From: Gammaproteobacteria bacterium | GTDB lineage: Bacteria; Pseudomonadota; Gammaproteobacteria; UBA4575 | Reading direction: 5' to 3' | DNA: 64,000 nucleotides | Assembly (NCBI GenBank): GCA_965222615.1 | Contig: CBDCUI010000007.1 | Location: 1 to 64,000 of the forward strand | Shown here: positions 21,663 to 32,845 of the stretch, one piece after another | Layout of the letters: each line of letters opens with the position of its first letter | How positions within the stretch are numbered: the stretch's first letter is position 1 | Made by a program: the position numbers and the translations under genes | The notes under the pieces: model-generated | The model's database searches: none | The model's input: only the letters and a program-made list of their open reading frames with translations | What the model was told of the DNA's origin: nothing

Positions 21663-21819
21663 AAGTAATAAAATAGCTATTATAAATTAGAATATTAGCG
21701 ATATTTTGACTCAAATAACCATAAAGCTGCAGTTATATGGCCTCACCAAGCAAGATATTGCTATAGTTTGCTTCGCTGTGAGTAAATATCTTCAACTAAA
21801 CAAGCAATAAAACATAGAC

Positions 21820-22473
21820 ATGGATATCGAGCAAGCAAGATTCAACATGGTCGAACAACAAATACGTCCCTGGGATGTACTTGATACAAACGTCTTAAAG
21901 ATCATTGAAGAAACACCACGTGAATTATTTGTACCAAATGAATATCAGAAACTAGCATTTTCTGATTTGGAAATACCATTGCAACACGATCAGGTAATGA
22001 TGGCACCAAAAGTAGAGGCACGAATGCTGCAGGCTTTGCAAATAGATCAAACCGATGAAGTATTAGAAGTAGGAACTGGTTCCGGATTTGTTACGGCTTG
22101 CTTATCCAAACTTGGGCAACATGTAGATACAATCGAATATTACGCAGATTTGTTGGAGGGTGCACAGTCTATTTTACAACAATTAAATTTATCTAATATC
22201 AACTTTACACCTGGTGATGCATTAAAGGATCTAGATTATACGAAACAATATGATGTGATCGCTGTTACGGCATCCATGCCAATCTATATGGATGTCTTTG
22301 AAAAGCTGCTAGCGAATAATGGAAGAATGTTTGTAGTAATAGGTAAAGCGCCCGTGATGCAAGCACAGCTTATTACAAAGATTGATGAGTATGGTTTATA
22401 TAAAACCCAGTTGTTTGAAACCAATCTTATGCCGTTGATTGGATCAAAAGAACCACAAAATTTCCAGATATAA
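21820..22473 (+). CDS. pcm: Protein-L-isoaspartate O-methyltransferase family protein
   Basis: ARFNMVEQQIRPWDV, VLEVGTGSG. Confidence 0.9.
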   Translation: MDIEQARFNMVEQQIRPWDVLDTNVLKIIEETPRELFVPNEYQKLAFSDLEIPLQHDQVMMAPKVEARMLQALQIDQTDEVLEVGTGSGFVTACLSKLGQHVDTIEYYADLLEGAQSILQQLNLSNINFTPGDALKDLDYTKQYDVIAVTASMPIYMDVFEKLLANNGRMFVVIGKAPVMQAQLITKIDEYGLYKTQLFETNLMPLIGSKEPQNFQI

Positions 22474-22796
22474 TGTTCAAGGAGTATAACCCAAAGAATC
22501 TTAAAGATTACTTAGATCGAGCCGATACAAAGCCTGTACTATTAGATGTTAGAGAACCCTGGGAATTTGAGCGTTGTCATATTCCCGATTCGATATTGAT
22601 GCCGATAAGGCAAATACCTAATGTATTAAATGACTATGACACTGAACAAGAAATCGTAGTTATTTGCCATCATGGGATTCGAAGCCGTGCAGTCGCAGCT
22701 TATTTAGCGCAACATGATTTCACGAATGTGATAAACCTAAGCACAGGACTTGACGGCTGGGCTAAACAAGTTGATCCTGCAATGCCTACTTATTAA
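22473..22796 (+). CDS. Rhodanese-like sulfurtransferase
   Basis: LDVREPWE, CHHGIRS, VDPAMPTY. Confidence 0.92.
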   Translation: MFKEYNPKNLKDYLDRADTKPVLLDVREPWEFERCHIPDSILMPIRQIPNVLNDYDTEQEIVVICHHGIRSRAVAAYLAQHDFTNVINLSTGLDGWAKQVDPAMPTY

Positions 22797-22840
22797 TTCT
22801 TAAATATACTATTGCATTAAATAAAACAACTATTCAGACC

Positions 22841-24181
22841 ATGTACAAAGTCTTAATAAAAAGAACTCTACTCTTACATTTACTAAATAGTGTTCTTATA
22901 TTCTTCTGTGTAAGCCATGCCCAAGCAAATAGCTTAGTAGACGTATATTCTATGGCTAAACAAAGCGATGCAGATATTCAAATTGCCGAATCGAGATATC
23001 AAGCTGAGGTATTAGCACGCCCAATTGCACGAGCAAACATTCTCCCGCAAGCCAGTATTACCGCAAGCACCACTGATGTCCGTCAAGAATCTGAAGGGCA
23101 AACTTTTGGGGTAGCAGGAAGAGAAGTGAACTTTAATGATCATCGCTATACCTTGAATATTAGCCAGGCCCTTTATCATCATGATTTTTATGTGCAATTA
23201 CGCCAAGCAAAAAATTCTGTTGCAAGGGCAAAAGTAGACTTAGATGCGGCCCATCAAGAATTAATGGTGCGTACGGCCGATGCCTATTTTAATGTGCTTG
23301 CTGCTCAAGACACACTAACTTTTCGAAAATCCGAAAAGGAAGCTATAGAACGACAACTTGAACAGGCCAAAAAACGTTTTGAAGTGGGCCTGATTGCAAT
23401 TACCGATGTAAAAGAAGCGCAAGCTTCCTATGATCTAGTTACTGCAAGCGAAATTGAAGCGCAAAATGCACTAGAAATTTCCAGAGCTGCACTTGAGGTA
23501 ATCATTGCGCAGCGATTAGATTTATTACATCCCTTATCTGAGCGTATGGAATTAGTTTCTCCAGACCCAAATAATGCAGAAGATTGGATCAACAAGGCAC
23601 TGGAACAAAATTTAATCTTATTGTCTAGCGAATACACAACCGACATTGCTAAACAAGAAATTAAATTACAACAATCTCGTCACTATCCCACGCTGGACAT
23701 CGTCGCATCTCATACAGATACTGATACGGGCGGTTTAAGCGGTTCATTCGAAAGCGAAGATACACGTATCGGTTTACAACTAAATATCCCCCTAGTTGAA
23801 GGGGGTCGAACGTATTATCGAACCAAAGAGGCTCGTCATAACGCAGAACTTGCACAGGGCCAACACGAAAAAATTCGTCGCGAAACCATCCAAAATGCAC
23901 GTGATGCGTATCTAAATGTCATTGCCGGCATTAGTCGTGTTAAAGCTCTAGCCCAAGCACTTGAATCTACCCGGGCTGCCGCAGAAGCGGCTGAGGCTGG
24001 GTTCCAAGTAGGGACACGCACTTCCGTCGATGTGTTACTCGCATTACAAGAGACTTTTGCAGCGCAACGGGATTATTCACGCGCCCGTTATGACTATCTG
24101 TTAAATACCCTGCGACTTAAGCAAGCAGTAGGCACCTTATCAATTGATGATTTACTACAGATCGATGGTTGGCTAAATTAG
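22841..24181 (+). CDS. tolC: TolC-family outer membrane protein
   Basis: Signal peptide; AYFNVLAA, RFEVGLIAITDV, HYPTLD, VGTRTSVDVL, ARYDYL. Confidence 0.93.
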   Translation: MYKVLIKRTLLLHLLNSVLIFFCVSHAQANSLVDVYSMAKQSDADIQIAESRYQAEVLARPIARANILPQASITASTTDVRQESEGQTFGVAGREVNFNDHRYTLNISQALYHHDFYVQLRQAKNSVARAKVDLDAAHQELMVRTADAYFNVLAAQDTLTFRKSEKEAIERQLEQAKKRFEVGLIAITDVKEAQASYDLVTASEIEAQNALEISRAALEVIIAQRLDLLHPLSERMELVSPDPNNAEDWINKALEQNLILLSSEYTTDIAKQEIKLQQSRHYPTLDIVASHTDTDTGGLSGSFESEDTRIGLQLNIPLVEGGRTYYRTKEARHNAELAQGQHEKIRRETIQNARDAYLNVIAGISRVKALAQALESTRAAAEAAEAGFQVGTRTSVDVLLALQETFAAQRDYSRARYDYLLNTLRLKQAVGTLSIDDLLQIDGWLN

Positions 24182-25458
24182 CCAACGCCATGTCAACTAA
24201 ATCAAATTGCACGTCGTTGCGTTATAAATTACTTCTGTTCCTGCTTAGCCCGGTAGTTTTTGGTTATATTGTTTATCGCACTTTTAAAGATGGTGGACGT
24301 AACTATTTTTCACAACGCCTGGGCTTCAATTACCCCTCAATATTATCAGAGCCAATATTGATCCATTGTGCATCGGTGGGTGAATTTAACGCCGCCAAAC
24401 CATTAATACAGGAACTTAACAAACAATATCCAAATACTAGCTTAGTGATATCTACTAATACCCCTACCGCTGCTCAGCTAGTATCAAAACTTCAACTTAA
24501 CAACGTCTCACATGTCTATTTGCCATTGGACTATTCAGCTACTGTCAACGCCTTCTTAAAAAAAATCAATCCCAAATGCATATTAGTACTAGAAACAGAA
24601 ATTTGGCCAAATTTATTTTTGTCAGCCGCTCAAAATAAAATTCCGCTAACAATCATCAATGGAAGACTGACTAAAAAATCAATCAAGGCCAGCGCGATGA
24701 TAAAACAGGATTATGAAGCCGCATTAAAAATGCTTACCGCTGTTCTCGCCAGGTCTGACCTAGACCGCTCTAAGTTTATTGGTATCGGTGCTCACGAAAA
24801 GACCACTCACACCGCTGGCAATTTAAAATATGCAACTGCATTCATGAGCAGTACTAACTTAGCGTGCACTACTATTAAACGTCCTTTTGTGTTAGCGGTA
24901 TCGACACACGATGATGAAGAACAGCAGCTTGCACAACATATAACTGTTCTCAAAAAAAAGAATTACCTACTTGTAATTGCACCTCGTTATCCAGAACGTT
25001 GCAAGAAATTACAACAACAATTTCAACAAGAAAAAATCAATGTCGCGTTACGAAGCAATCAAAATGCGGCCGCGGATGACTCAGATATTTATATTATTGA
25101 CACTTTGGGAGAGTTAGAAATGTATCTCAATGAAGCTGCATTAGTATTTGTAGGCGGGTCACTGATCCCAAGAGGTGGACACAATATACTAGAACCAGCC
25201 ATTTTCGGTAAATGTACTATTGTAGGCCCACATACTGATAATTTTGCGCTTGAAACCAAAGAGCTATTAGAAGCTAAAGGCATAGTTCAAATAAAGGATA
25301 CTCATGATTTAGGCGTGAAGTTTGTGCAACTGCTAAATAATGATCGAGAGCGAATACAATACGGATTAAACGCGCGAAAACTTATCGAAAAAAAATCAGC
25401 CGTACTAAAAAACTATTTTAAATTTCTAGAACCAATTATTAAAAACACAACTTCTTAG
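24169..25458 (+). CDS. waaA: Kdo transferase; start likely ATG 24190
   Basis: HCASVGE, LPLD, ETEIWPN, NGRL, GNLKY, GGHNILEPA. Confidence 0.94.
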   Translation: MAKLANAMSTKSNCTSLRYKLLLFLLSPVVFGYIVYRTFKDGGRNYFSQRLGFNYPSILSEPILIHCASVGEFNAAKPLIQELNKQYPNTSLVISTNTPTAAQLVSKLQLNNVSHVYLPLDYSATVNAFLKKINPKCILVLETEIWPNLFLSAAQNKIPLTIINGRLTKKSIKASAMIKQDYEAALKMLTAVLARSDLDRSKFIGIGAHEKTTHTAGNLKYATAFMSSTNLACTTIKRPFVLAVSTHDDEEQQLAQHITVLKKKNYLLVIAPRYPERCKKLQQQFQQEKINVALRSNQNAAADDSDIYIIDTLGELEMYLNEAALVFVGGSLIPRGGHNILEPAIFGKCTIVGPHTDNFALETKELLEAKGIVQIKDTHDLGVKFVQLLNNDRERIQYGLNARKLIEKKSAVLKNYFKFLEPIIKNTTS

Positions 25459-25461
25459 TTA

Positions 25462-26202
25462 CTAATTGTTATATCCTTCTAGCAGTAGAGAATAATCCTT
25501 TTCCGAGTAGTTAAACGTTGAATTAGTATTTTTTAACTTTAAAAGTGATCGTTGAAACCTTTCAAGATTACGTTGCCGCCAATTACTAGTTGATTTATCC
25601 ACTTTAGATTTATCAAAGTCTATTAAAAATATATTATTCTTATCATCGATTAAAATATTATGTGCGTTTAAATCGGCATGATTGATACTGTGATTGTGGA
25701 ATTTCTGAATAACTAAACCAATTTTATGCCAATATTCCTTCTGTAAAGCATCTTGCTTTAGGAATGAGCTAATAGATTGTGTATTAGGAATGAGTTGGGT
25801 CACAATATCAGCTGTATAGGTTAACCCCATTTTTTTTATATGGGCGGCGATAGGAGTTGGTACTGGTAATTGTTTATTAAGCATTAACGATAATAAATCA
25901 AGCTCCTCAACGGCTCTGGTATTATGTAATCCTCTCCATACATAAGTATCTTTAGTAAATTTATGAATATGACCTCCTCGATAATAATGACGCAGTACTA
26001 GGTCGTACTGATTAAATTTAAATACATAAACAGCTCCCCTGCCATTAGAATCTCGAACGTTTAAATACTTTTGATGCAATAGTGAATTATCGACTAAATA
26101 CTTTGGATCAAATAAAGAAATAGGAAATGCGGAAAATAATGATTTGTTATGCGCAACAATATCGTTACCATAGTGTTTAAATTCAAAAGAATTCATATAC
26201 AC
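25462..26202 (-). CDS. kdkA: 3-deoxy-D-manno-octulosonic acid kinase
   Basis: GRG, VLRHYYRGG, HADLNAHNIL, IDFD, NLERFQRSL. Confidence 0.93.
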   Translation of the reverse strand: MYMNSFEFKHYGNDIVAHNKSLFSAFPISLFDPKYLVDNSLLHQKYLNVRDSNGRGAVYVFKFNQYDLVLRHYYRGGHIHKFTKDTYVWRGLHNTRAVEELDLLSLMLNKQLPVPTPIAAHIKKMGLTYTADIVTQLIPNTQSISSFLKQDALQKEYWHKIGLVIQKFHNHSINHADLNAHNILIDDKNNIFLIDFDKSKVDKSTSNWRQRNLERFQRSLLKLKNTNSTFNYSEKDYSLLLEGYNN

Positions 26203-26241
26203 TGATTTTGCTGTCTATCAATTAAAAGTAATTTATTCAAC

Positions 26242-27303
26242 ATGAATAGTCCACCAAAGTCTATTTGTATATTACGCTTATCCGCAATTGGAGATATAAC
26301 TCACATGGTGCCTGTGGTTCGCACCATACAAAAATATTGGCCTGATACAGAACTTACCTGGATTATTGGGAAAAATGAAGCACGGCTCATAAATGACATT
26401 CCTGAGATAGAATTTATAGAAGTTGATAAGTCTAATTTTATTCATAGTTGTAAAAATATAGTCAAAATAATGAAAAATAGAAAATTTGATGCATTGTTAT
26501 GCGCACAAGTTGCATTACGAGCCAATATCATTAGTGCCTTGATACCGGCCACCCAAAAAATAGGCTATGACAATACCAGATCCAAAGACTTTCATTCATT
26601 GTTCATAAAGCAGCACATCAAAACCACACCAAAGCAACATGTGCTCGATAGTTTCTTTAGTTTTATCGAATATATTGGCTTACTTGAACGTGAAATGGTA
26701 TGGCAATATCACATCCCGAATGAAGCACAAGAATTTGCTAAGCAACATCTATCCGGTGATCAATTTAAGGTAATCATCAGCCCATGTTCGAGCCACCCGT
26801 TACGCAACTGGGACACTGAGAGATATGCCGCGGTGGCAGACTATGCAATTGAAACATATGAAGCGCAAGTAATACTTTGTGGTGGACCCTCTGTAATCGA
26901 GAGACAAATCGGTACCGCGATAGAACACCAAATGCAAAATTCGGCTACAAATTTGATTGGAAGAGATACTCTAAAAAAATTTCTTGCACTGTTACAGCGG
27001 AGCCATGTCTTAATTTCACCTGATTCTGGCCCCGCACACATGGCCACAGGAATGGGTATCCCGGTGATTGGTTTATACGCAGCAAGCAATCCCAAACGTA
27101 GCGGCCCCTATTTAAGTCAAAAATGGTGTGTGGACAAGTACGACGATGCGTCACGTTTATTTAGAAACAAACCCGCAAGTGAATTAAAATGGGGAACGAA
27201 ATTAGAATTTGAAGGCGTGATGGATTTAATAAATGTCAAAGACGTAACCGAAAAATTAGATCAAGTTACACAACAATATTTAAATAAACCTAAAAGTTAC
27301 TAA
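26242..27303 (+). CDS. GT9 heptosyltransferase (OpsX-like)
   Basis: ICILRLSAIGD, QHVLDSF, PDSGPAH, SNPKRSGPY; divergent from kdkA. Confidence 0.88.
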   Translation: MNSPPKSICILRLSAIGDITHMVPVVRTIQKYWPDTELTWIIGKNEARLINDIPEIEFIEVDKSNFIHSCKNIVKIMKNRKFDALLCAQVALRANIISALIPATQKIGYDNTRSKDFHSLFIKQHIKTTPKQHVLDSFFSFIEYIGLLEREMVWQYHIPNEAQEFAKQHLSGDQFKVIISPCSSHPLRNWDTERYAAVADYAIETYEAQVILCGGPSVIERQIGTAIEHQMQNSATNLIGRDTLKKFLALLQRSHVLISPDSGPAHMATGMGIPVIGLYAASNPKRSGPYLSQKWCVDKYDDASRLFRNKPASELKWGTKLEFEGVMDLINVKDVTEKLDQVTQQYLNKPKSY

Positions 27304-27304
27304 T

Positions 27305-27694
27305 ATGGAAAATATCAAAGTACCTATTTCACCAGGTGAATTACTAGATAAAATTACTATCTTAGAAATAAAGACAGAAAAAATTCAAGATAAGGAAAAA
27401 CTACTAAATATTAAATCTGAGTTAGGTTTATTAAATAATGTTTGGGAAAATTCCATTTCGAATAACGAAACCATGCTTCAATTAAAAAAGGAACTCAAAT
27501 GTAATAACCAGAATTTATGGGATATCGAAGATAAAATCCGTATCAAAGAATCAAAACAAGAATTCGATCAAGAATTTATCGAGTTAGCTCGCTCAGTGTA
27601 TATTCAAAATGACAAACGCGCAGCAACAAAAAAAGAAATTAACCTTTTGCTTGGATCGCAAATAATCGAGGAAAAATCTTATGCAGATTATTGA
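27305..27694 (+). CDS. Conserved hypothetical protein (DUF6165-like)
   Basis: PISPGELLDKITILEIK, LWDIED, FIELARSVY, EEKSY. Confidence 0.85.
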   Translation: MENIKVPISPGELLDKITILEIKTEKIQDKEKLLNIKSELGLLNNVWENSISNNETMLQLKKELKCNNQNLWDIEDKIRIKESKQEFDQEFIELARSVYIQNDKRAATKKEINLLLGSQIIEEKSYADY

Positions 27695-28383
27695 TTCGTT
27701 TTTACTATTCGATTCCGATACCAAAGCGATAACACATACAACATTATAAATAACGCCAATAAACTTTCTTTAACTTCGCCAGCTCGTATATCTAATACGT
27801 TTGGAATTTCTATATTTAAGCCCTCATAAATTTTCTCATTCCAACTAACTAGCAAAGAAAACAATGCAGCGGGCAAACACACATAAGTCGGCCAAAGCCA
27901 ATATGCATTTGAGTTTTTGCTAGGATATTTCTTTGTCAACATCCGAAAAAGCGGCACTAACACACCACCAATCAATGCAGCAAGCGATAACAAAGTTCGA
28001 GGAATCTGATCAAAGATCGGACTGGTATTATGCAAATTGGTCTCATTTTGGTCATTAATATTCGACCAAGTTTCGGGCGTACTCCAACCGAAGAAATGTT
28101 GGCCCCAACTTATCTCTTCACCGGCAAAATATATACACCCTAATATCAATAGCACCATCCACCATTTAAACCAAGCATGTTTTGAAAAATCATGGGTTTT
28201 AATAAAAATCACACTGAAAATAATTGCTATGATTAAATAAATAACCGTTGTCACCTCTACCCATCCAGTTTCCAGATACATAAAGGTATATGCCTTGTCA
28301 CTAACCGCCCTAGAAATATAAGGTGTTAGTAACATTGCTATCGGAAAAAATAGCCAAATCAATTTATGCAAATCTTTATCCAT
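27688..28383 (-). CDS. Multi-pass membrane protein with EEISWGQ/NxHN motif
   Basis: Several TM segments; GEEISWGQH...NDQNETNLHN; start re-assigned to ATG 28383. Confidence 0.75.
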   Translation of the reverse strand: MDKDLHKLIWLFFPIAMLLTPYISRAVSDKAYTFMYLETGWVEVTTVIYLIIAIIFSVIFIKTHDFSKHAWFKWWMVLLILGCIYFAGEEISWGQHFFGWSTPETWSNINDQNETNLHNTSPIFDQIPRTLLSLAALIGGVLVPLFRMLTKKYPSKNSNAYWLWPTYVCLPAALFSLLVSWNEKIYEGLNIEIPNVLDIRAGEVKESLLALFIMLYVLSLWYRNRIVKTNQ

Positions 28384-28388
28384 ATAAG

Positions 28389-29048
28389 TTAATTTTTCCC
28401 AAGTCTGCGTTTTTGTTGACCTCGACGTTCCCAATTCTTCAAGCTTCGGTAATCTCTATGAGACTTGTTACGCAGGCCCAATTTAAACCCTAGAGCCATA
28501 AATGGGTTGGGCGGATTCATATGTTGTGGCAAAAGATTAAAATCATATAACTTTGGCATCCAATGATCCCCTTGTTTGTTTACTAGGATATTCCCGACAC
28601 TGATATCCAAATCATGCACATTTACTGACTCTGCAGCGCGAACAATTTCATAGCCAATCTTAAGGACTTCATTTGGAAGATAACCTAACGTGGAAATCAG
28701 ATTTTTAAGCGTAATTCCTTCCACATACTCCTGCACAAAAGAGTGTGTATAACCACAGCTCTTTGGAAATACTTTTAGCGGAGCTGCAATGTAATTTTGT
28801 ATAGATTCAATATTATACAAAATAGAATTACGTTTAAACTCAAATTCAGCAATATCAATATTGCATTTGTCACTATATTTTTCAATAAATTCCTTGCGAT
28901 ATATTTTAATGACGACTTCGTGATTTTTATATTTCCCTTTATAGGAAAACGATCGACGGCCTCTACCCAAAAAACTAACAACTTGTATTTCTGGTGGTAA
29001 GTTTACAGGCTGCTGTAATTCTTGTTCTAGATCTTTGGCTAGCTGCAT
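28389..29048 (-). CDS. Protein/LPS-kinase-like protein
   Basis: LGRGRRS, VVIKIY, QEYVEG, HDLDISVGN, LYDFN. Confidence 0.75.
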   Translation of the reverse strand: MQLAKDLEQELQQPVNLPPEIQVVSFLGRGRRSFSYKGKYKNHEVVIKIYRKEFIEKYSDKCNIDIAEFEFKRNSILYNIESIQNYIAAPLKVFPKSCGYTHSFVQEYVEGITLKNLISTLGYLPNEVLKIGYEIVRAAESVNVHDLDISVGNILVNKQGDHWMPKLYDFNLLPQHMNPPNPFMALGFKLGLRNKSHRDYRSLKNWERRGQQKRRLGKN

Positions 29049-29225
29049 TCTTCGATGTATCCGTTAAATGAAATTTAAAAGTGTTTTTTATAAGCAACGT
29101 ATGCAAAAATGTACCATTAAATCAACCAATGAGAATAATTTAATAAAATTAACATACTAAGCAACTTAATCTGCTTCGTGAAACTCATACCACATTGTAA
29201 CTGAGAAACCAAACTAGCTGTAACA

Positions 29226-30092
29226 GTGAACCTACAACAGTACAAACATGGAAAATATTCAGTAAATAAGAGTCTCTCATACCATAGTGCGATTGAGAAA
29301 TGGATACAAACAGGACAATTTTTAGAACGTGAGCAAGATGATCTACGGCTAAATAAAAAGACCAGAAAACGTAATAAGCTATATTGCTTTCATAGCGAAC
29401 TCACGAATACAAATCTTGTGATGAAAGTTTCACAAATAAGTAAAGATTACAAATTCTGGAGAAAAGTAGATCTATACATAACCAGTATATTTAAAGACTA
29501 TAATTACAATAGTTATCATAATAGCATGGAACTGCGTGAAGCAGACATCGATACAATTAAGCCCATAGCATATTGGACATATGAATTCTCTTGGCTGAAT
29601 CGCAAGAGTTATTTTCTATATGAAAAAATTGAAAGCGATTTAACGGTTACAGAACTTTGCAATAAAATCATTGCAACAAACATCCCTAATAAACGCGAAC
29701 TAACCGAAGCAATAATCAATCGATGTATTAATATTGTAAAAAAAATCCATGCTGCAAATATTCGACACGATGATCCACACGGCGGCAATATATTAACAAG
29801 TCTAGAATTATCGAAGACAAATAAAATTAATGTAGAAGATATAAATAACTCAAGATTCATTTTAATCGACAATGATCGATGCACCAAGGCTACTAGTTCA
29901 ATACCATTTATAAAACAATTCTTTGATCTTAAATGCTTAACCAGATTTAATGTTTGTGAAATCTCACACCAAGATTTATTACAACGTTATTTAGGTAAAG
30001 ATTACAAAAAATATTGGCAATATGTTTTAAATTTTTGGTTATCGGGAGGGTTTAATATCAAAAAACGCATCAATTATCTATTTGACCGTTAG
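29226..30092 (+). CDS. LPS kinase (Kdo/WaaP/InaA-like) family protein
   Basis: LVMK, KPIAY, IHAANIRHDDPHGGNIL, LIDND; located in the LPS locus. Confidence 0.75.
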   Translation: MNLQQYKHGKYSVNKSLSYHSAIEKWIQTGQFLEREQDDLRLNKKTRKRNKLYCFHSELTNTNLVMKVSQISKDYKFWRKVDLYITSIFKDYNYNSYHNSMELREADIDTIKPIAYWTYEFSWLNRKSYFLYEKIESDLTVTELCNKIIATNIPNKRELTEAIINRCINIVKKIHAANIRHDDPHGGNILTSLELSKTNKINVEDINNSRFILIDNDRCTKATSSIPFIKQFFDLKCLTRFNVCEISHQDLLQRYLGKDYKKYWQYVLNFWLSGGFNIKKRINYLFDR

Positions 30093-31333
30093 GATTTCGA
30101 TTGACTCATATCATGTGATAAAAACGCGGAATACAATAATGCACTAAGTACAGCAAAAAAAGTCCCCTGAGTATGGGTAGCTATTACTGAATTAACCAAA
30201 CCACCTACTAATATGGTCACAATCATGCCTTTTGCAATTTGGTTATAAAGTGTAGGCAGTTGATTGCTTATCCTCCACTGCTGGAAAAACAGCAAAAACA
30301 ATAGCATTAAACCCAATAAACCCAATTGCACCCCAATGTTTACATATTCATTATGAGGATTTTGCGTTAACAAGCTTTTTTTATTTTTAATATTCTGTTC
30401 TTGGATATATTCTTTAAACTCTTCTCCAAAACTACCTGTCCCAGTTCCAAAAACTGGGTTTTGTTTAAAACTATCCCAACCGCCTCGAGCCCAAATGATG
30501 CGCAATCCCAAGGAAGTTGCATAATTACCCTGTTGCATAAATGCCATATCGTCAAACAGCTCGATAATTCTTGTGCGGGTTATATCACTTGAAAATAAAA
30601 TGGCTATCACGAAAGCGGGAACGATAATAGATCCGAGAACTGTAATTTTCCAACCCAAGTATTGATAAATCATCAGTAACATTAAGGCGATCCATACCAT
30701 TTGGCCAGAACGTGACGCAATCATCACCAAGGCGTTGTAACTTGCCAGCAAGGCTAAAAAAATAAATACATAGCGAAAGCGTTTATTGTTGACTGCGTGA
30801 TGAATAAATAAATATGCTGCAAAAGCCACTAGCATTCCGTGAGCTATGCGACTGCGAAATACGATGTGCTCATCCCCTACAGTTGCATAAGCACCAGAAT
30901 AAATGCTTTCCGGCGACCAACCCGTTAAGGTTAAATAAGACATCAACATCATCAATGTCACTCCAGATAAAAAGGCCATATAGCCAATTTTTTTCCATTG
31001 TGATTGATGAAATGCAGCTAATAATATTGGAATATATAAAAGCTTGCCGTACTTCTCGAGTACCGCGAGAGCATCATCTATTGATGCCGAGGTGTACAAC
31101 AAGCCTATCACAAACATCATAAATAGACATAATGCAATCAGTGCAACCTTATTTTCAGCAATTAATTGATACTTGAATTTATAATTACCAGCAATAATTG
31201 AAAAAATTAAAAATAATGCGAGAAAGATATTTGGAACTGCTGTGGGTAAAACAATGGCAAACAATGCAGCGCAAGCCATTATCTTACTTGTTGATTCAGC
31301 AGCTTCAGCTAATTTAGTGTTATGCCATTTCAA
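30089..31333 (-). CDS. O-antigen ligase family protein
   Basis: Multi-TM; SRSG, SLGLR, PVFGTGTG, NPHNEY...QLGLLG. Confidence 0.88.
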   Translation of the reverse strand: MKWHNTKLAEAAESTSKIMACAALFAIVLPTAVPNIFLALFLIFSIIAGNYKFKYQLIAENKVALIALCLFMMFVIGLLYTSASIDDALAVLEKYGKLLYIPILLAAFHQSQWKKIGYMAFLSGVTLMMLMSYLTLTGWSPESIYSGAYATVGDEHIVFRSRIAHGMLVAFAAYLFIHHAVNNKRFRYVFIFLALLASYNALVMIASRSGQMVWIALMLLMIYQYLGWKITVLGSIIVPAFVIAILFSSDITRTRIIELFDDMAFMQQGNYATSLGLRIIWARGGWDSFKQNPVFGTGTGSFGEEFKEYIQEQNIKNKKSLLTQNPHNEYVNIGVQLGLLGLMLLFLLFFQQWRISNQLPTLYNQIAKGMIVTILVGGLVNSVIATHTQGTFFAVLSALLYSAFLSHDMSQSKS

Positions 31334-31379
31334 GATTATTTACTTAACAAATCGGTAAGCTGCTTTAATACAGATAGTG

Positions 31380-32798
31380 TTAAGAATTTAGTATCGAATC
31401 AATAATTGTAGTCGTTGAGCAACCTTTAATATAGGGAGTGATTACAACCTCACCTCCATATTTACTAACAAGTTCATATTCTGCTAGCTCTTCTTTCTTG
31501 TAATCTCCACCTTTAACATATACGTCCGGTTTTAATTCTTTAATTAACCGTAAAGGAGTATCCTCAGAAAACGGTATAATCCAGTCTATACAACTCAACT
31601 CTTCTAAAACCGCAATACGATTTTGCAAACTACATATCGGGCGACTATCTCCCTTTAACTTTTTAACTGACATGTCGTCATTGATTGCGACAACTAATCG
31701 ATCCCCTTTTGATTTTGCTTCTCGTAGACATGCGATGTGTCCCTGATGAATTAAATCAAAACAACCATTTGTAAAGACTATTTTTTCATTATTTTCTTTA
31801 GCATCTAACAATGACTGCTTTAATTCACTTAGATCTGCAATGCTCTTGCCTCTACTTGTGAGCATTCTCAAAGCCGCATCTAACTCATTTACTGTTACTG
31901 AAACCGTGCCTAACTTACCCACAGAGATACCAGCGCCAAGATTTGCGATTTTAACTGCATCGACAAGCCCATAACCCGCAGACATCGCGGCAGCCAACAA
32001 ACCAACAACCGTATCACCAGCACCGGTTACATCATAAACTTCTTTGGCTTGAGTAGAAAAATGTCTAGGTTGCTCACCTTGCAAAAAAAGTGACATACCC
32101 TTTTCGCTGCGTGTAATTAGCAAGGCATCAAGATTAAGAGCTTGACACATTTTTACGGCTTGCTCCTCTAGTTCATCTTCATTATCACATTCACCCGAAA
32201 CCTGTATAAATTCAGCATAATTTGGCGTGATAGCCGTTGCATTTTTATATTTTTTAAAATCATCGCCCTTGGGATCAACAATTACCATTTTGTCCTTATC
32301 GCGGGCAATTTTGATTATTTTCTCAACTTGATTTACTGCGCCTTTACCATAATCAGATATAACCACCACATCGTGACTCGATATTAGCTCTTTACATAGT
32401 TTTATCAACTCAGAAATATCGACCTCGAAATCACTGCTCTCATAATCGAGCCTGAGTAATTGTTGGTTTCGACTTAACACTCGCAACTTGGCAGAAGTTT
32501 TACAATTTTTATTCTGGATAATATTAGATTTGATATCGGTTTTACTAAGTAAACTTATTAACTTTGTCGCATATTCATCGTTTCCAACTGCTCCAATTAA
32601 TGTGGCTGATGCACCAAGAGCACAAATATTCATTGCCACATTTGCCGCACCACCCAAACGCTCTTCTCTATTTTGAATATTAACAATAGGAACAGGTGCT
32701 TCAGGTGAAATACGTGCAGTGTCGCCATGCCAATATTGATCTAACATGACATCGCCAATTATTAGAACCTTAGCACTACTGAGGTTACTTAAATTCAT
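31380..32798 (-). CDS. hldE: Bifunctional ADP-heptose synthase (kinase/adenylyltransferase)
   Basis: GDVMLD, RISPEAPVP, DVTGAGDT, FTNGCFD, KGGDY. Confidence 0.96.
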   Translation of the reverse strand: MNLSNLSSAKVLIIGDVMLDQYWHGDTARISPEAPVPIVNIQNREERLGGAANVAMNICALGASATLIGAVGNDEYATKLISLLSKTDIKSNIIQNKNCKTSAKLRVLSRNQQLLRLDYESSDFEVDISELIKLCKELISSHDVVVISDYGKGAVNQVEKIIKIARDKDKMVIVDPKGDDFKKYKNATAITPNYAEFIQVSGECDNEDELEEQAVKMCQALNLDALLITRSEKGMSLFLQGEQPRHFSTQAKEVYDVTGAGDTVVGLLAAAMSAGYGLVDAVKIANLGAGISVGKLGTVSVTVNELDAALRMLTSRGKSIADLSELKQSLLDAKENNEKIVFTNGCFDLIHQGHIACLREAKSKGDRLVVAINDDMSVKKLKGDSRPICSLQNRIAVLEELSCIDWIIPFSEDTPLRLIKELKPDVYVKGGDYKKEELAEYELVSKYGGEVVITPYIKGCSTTTIIDSILNS

Positions 32799-32845
32799 TT
32801 AACCAAAAAATTAGCAACAGCAAGAGACATGTCAAAATATAGTGT

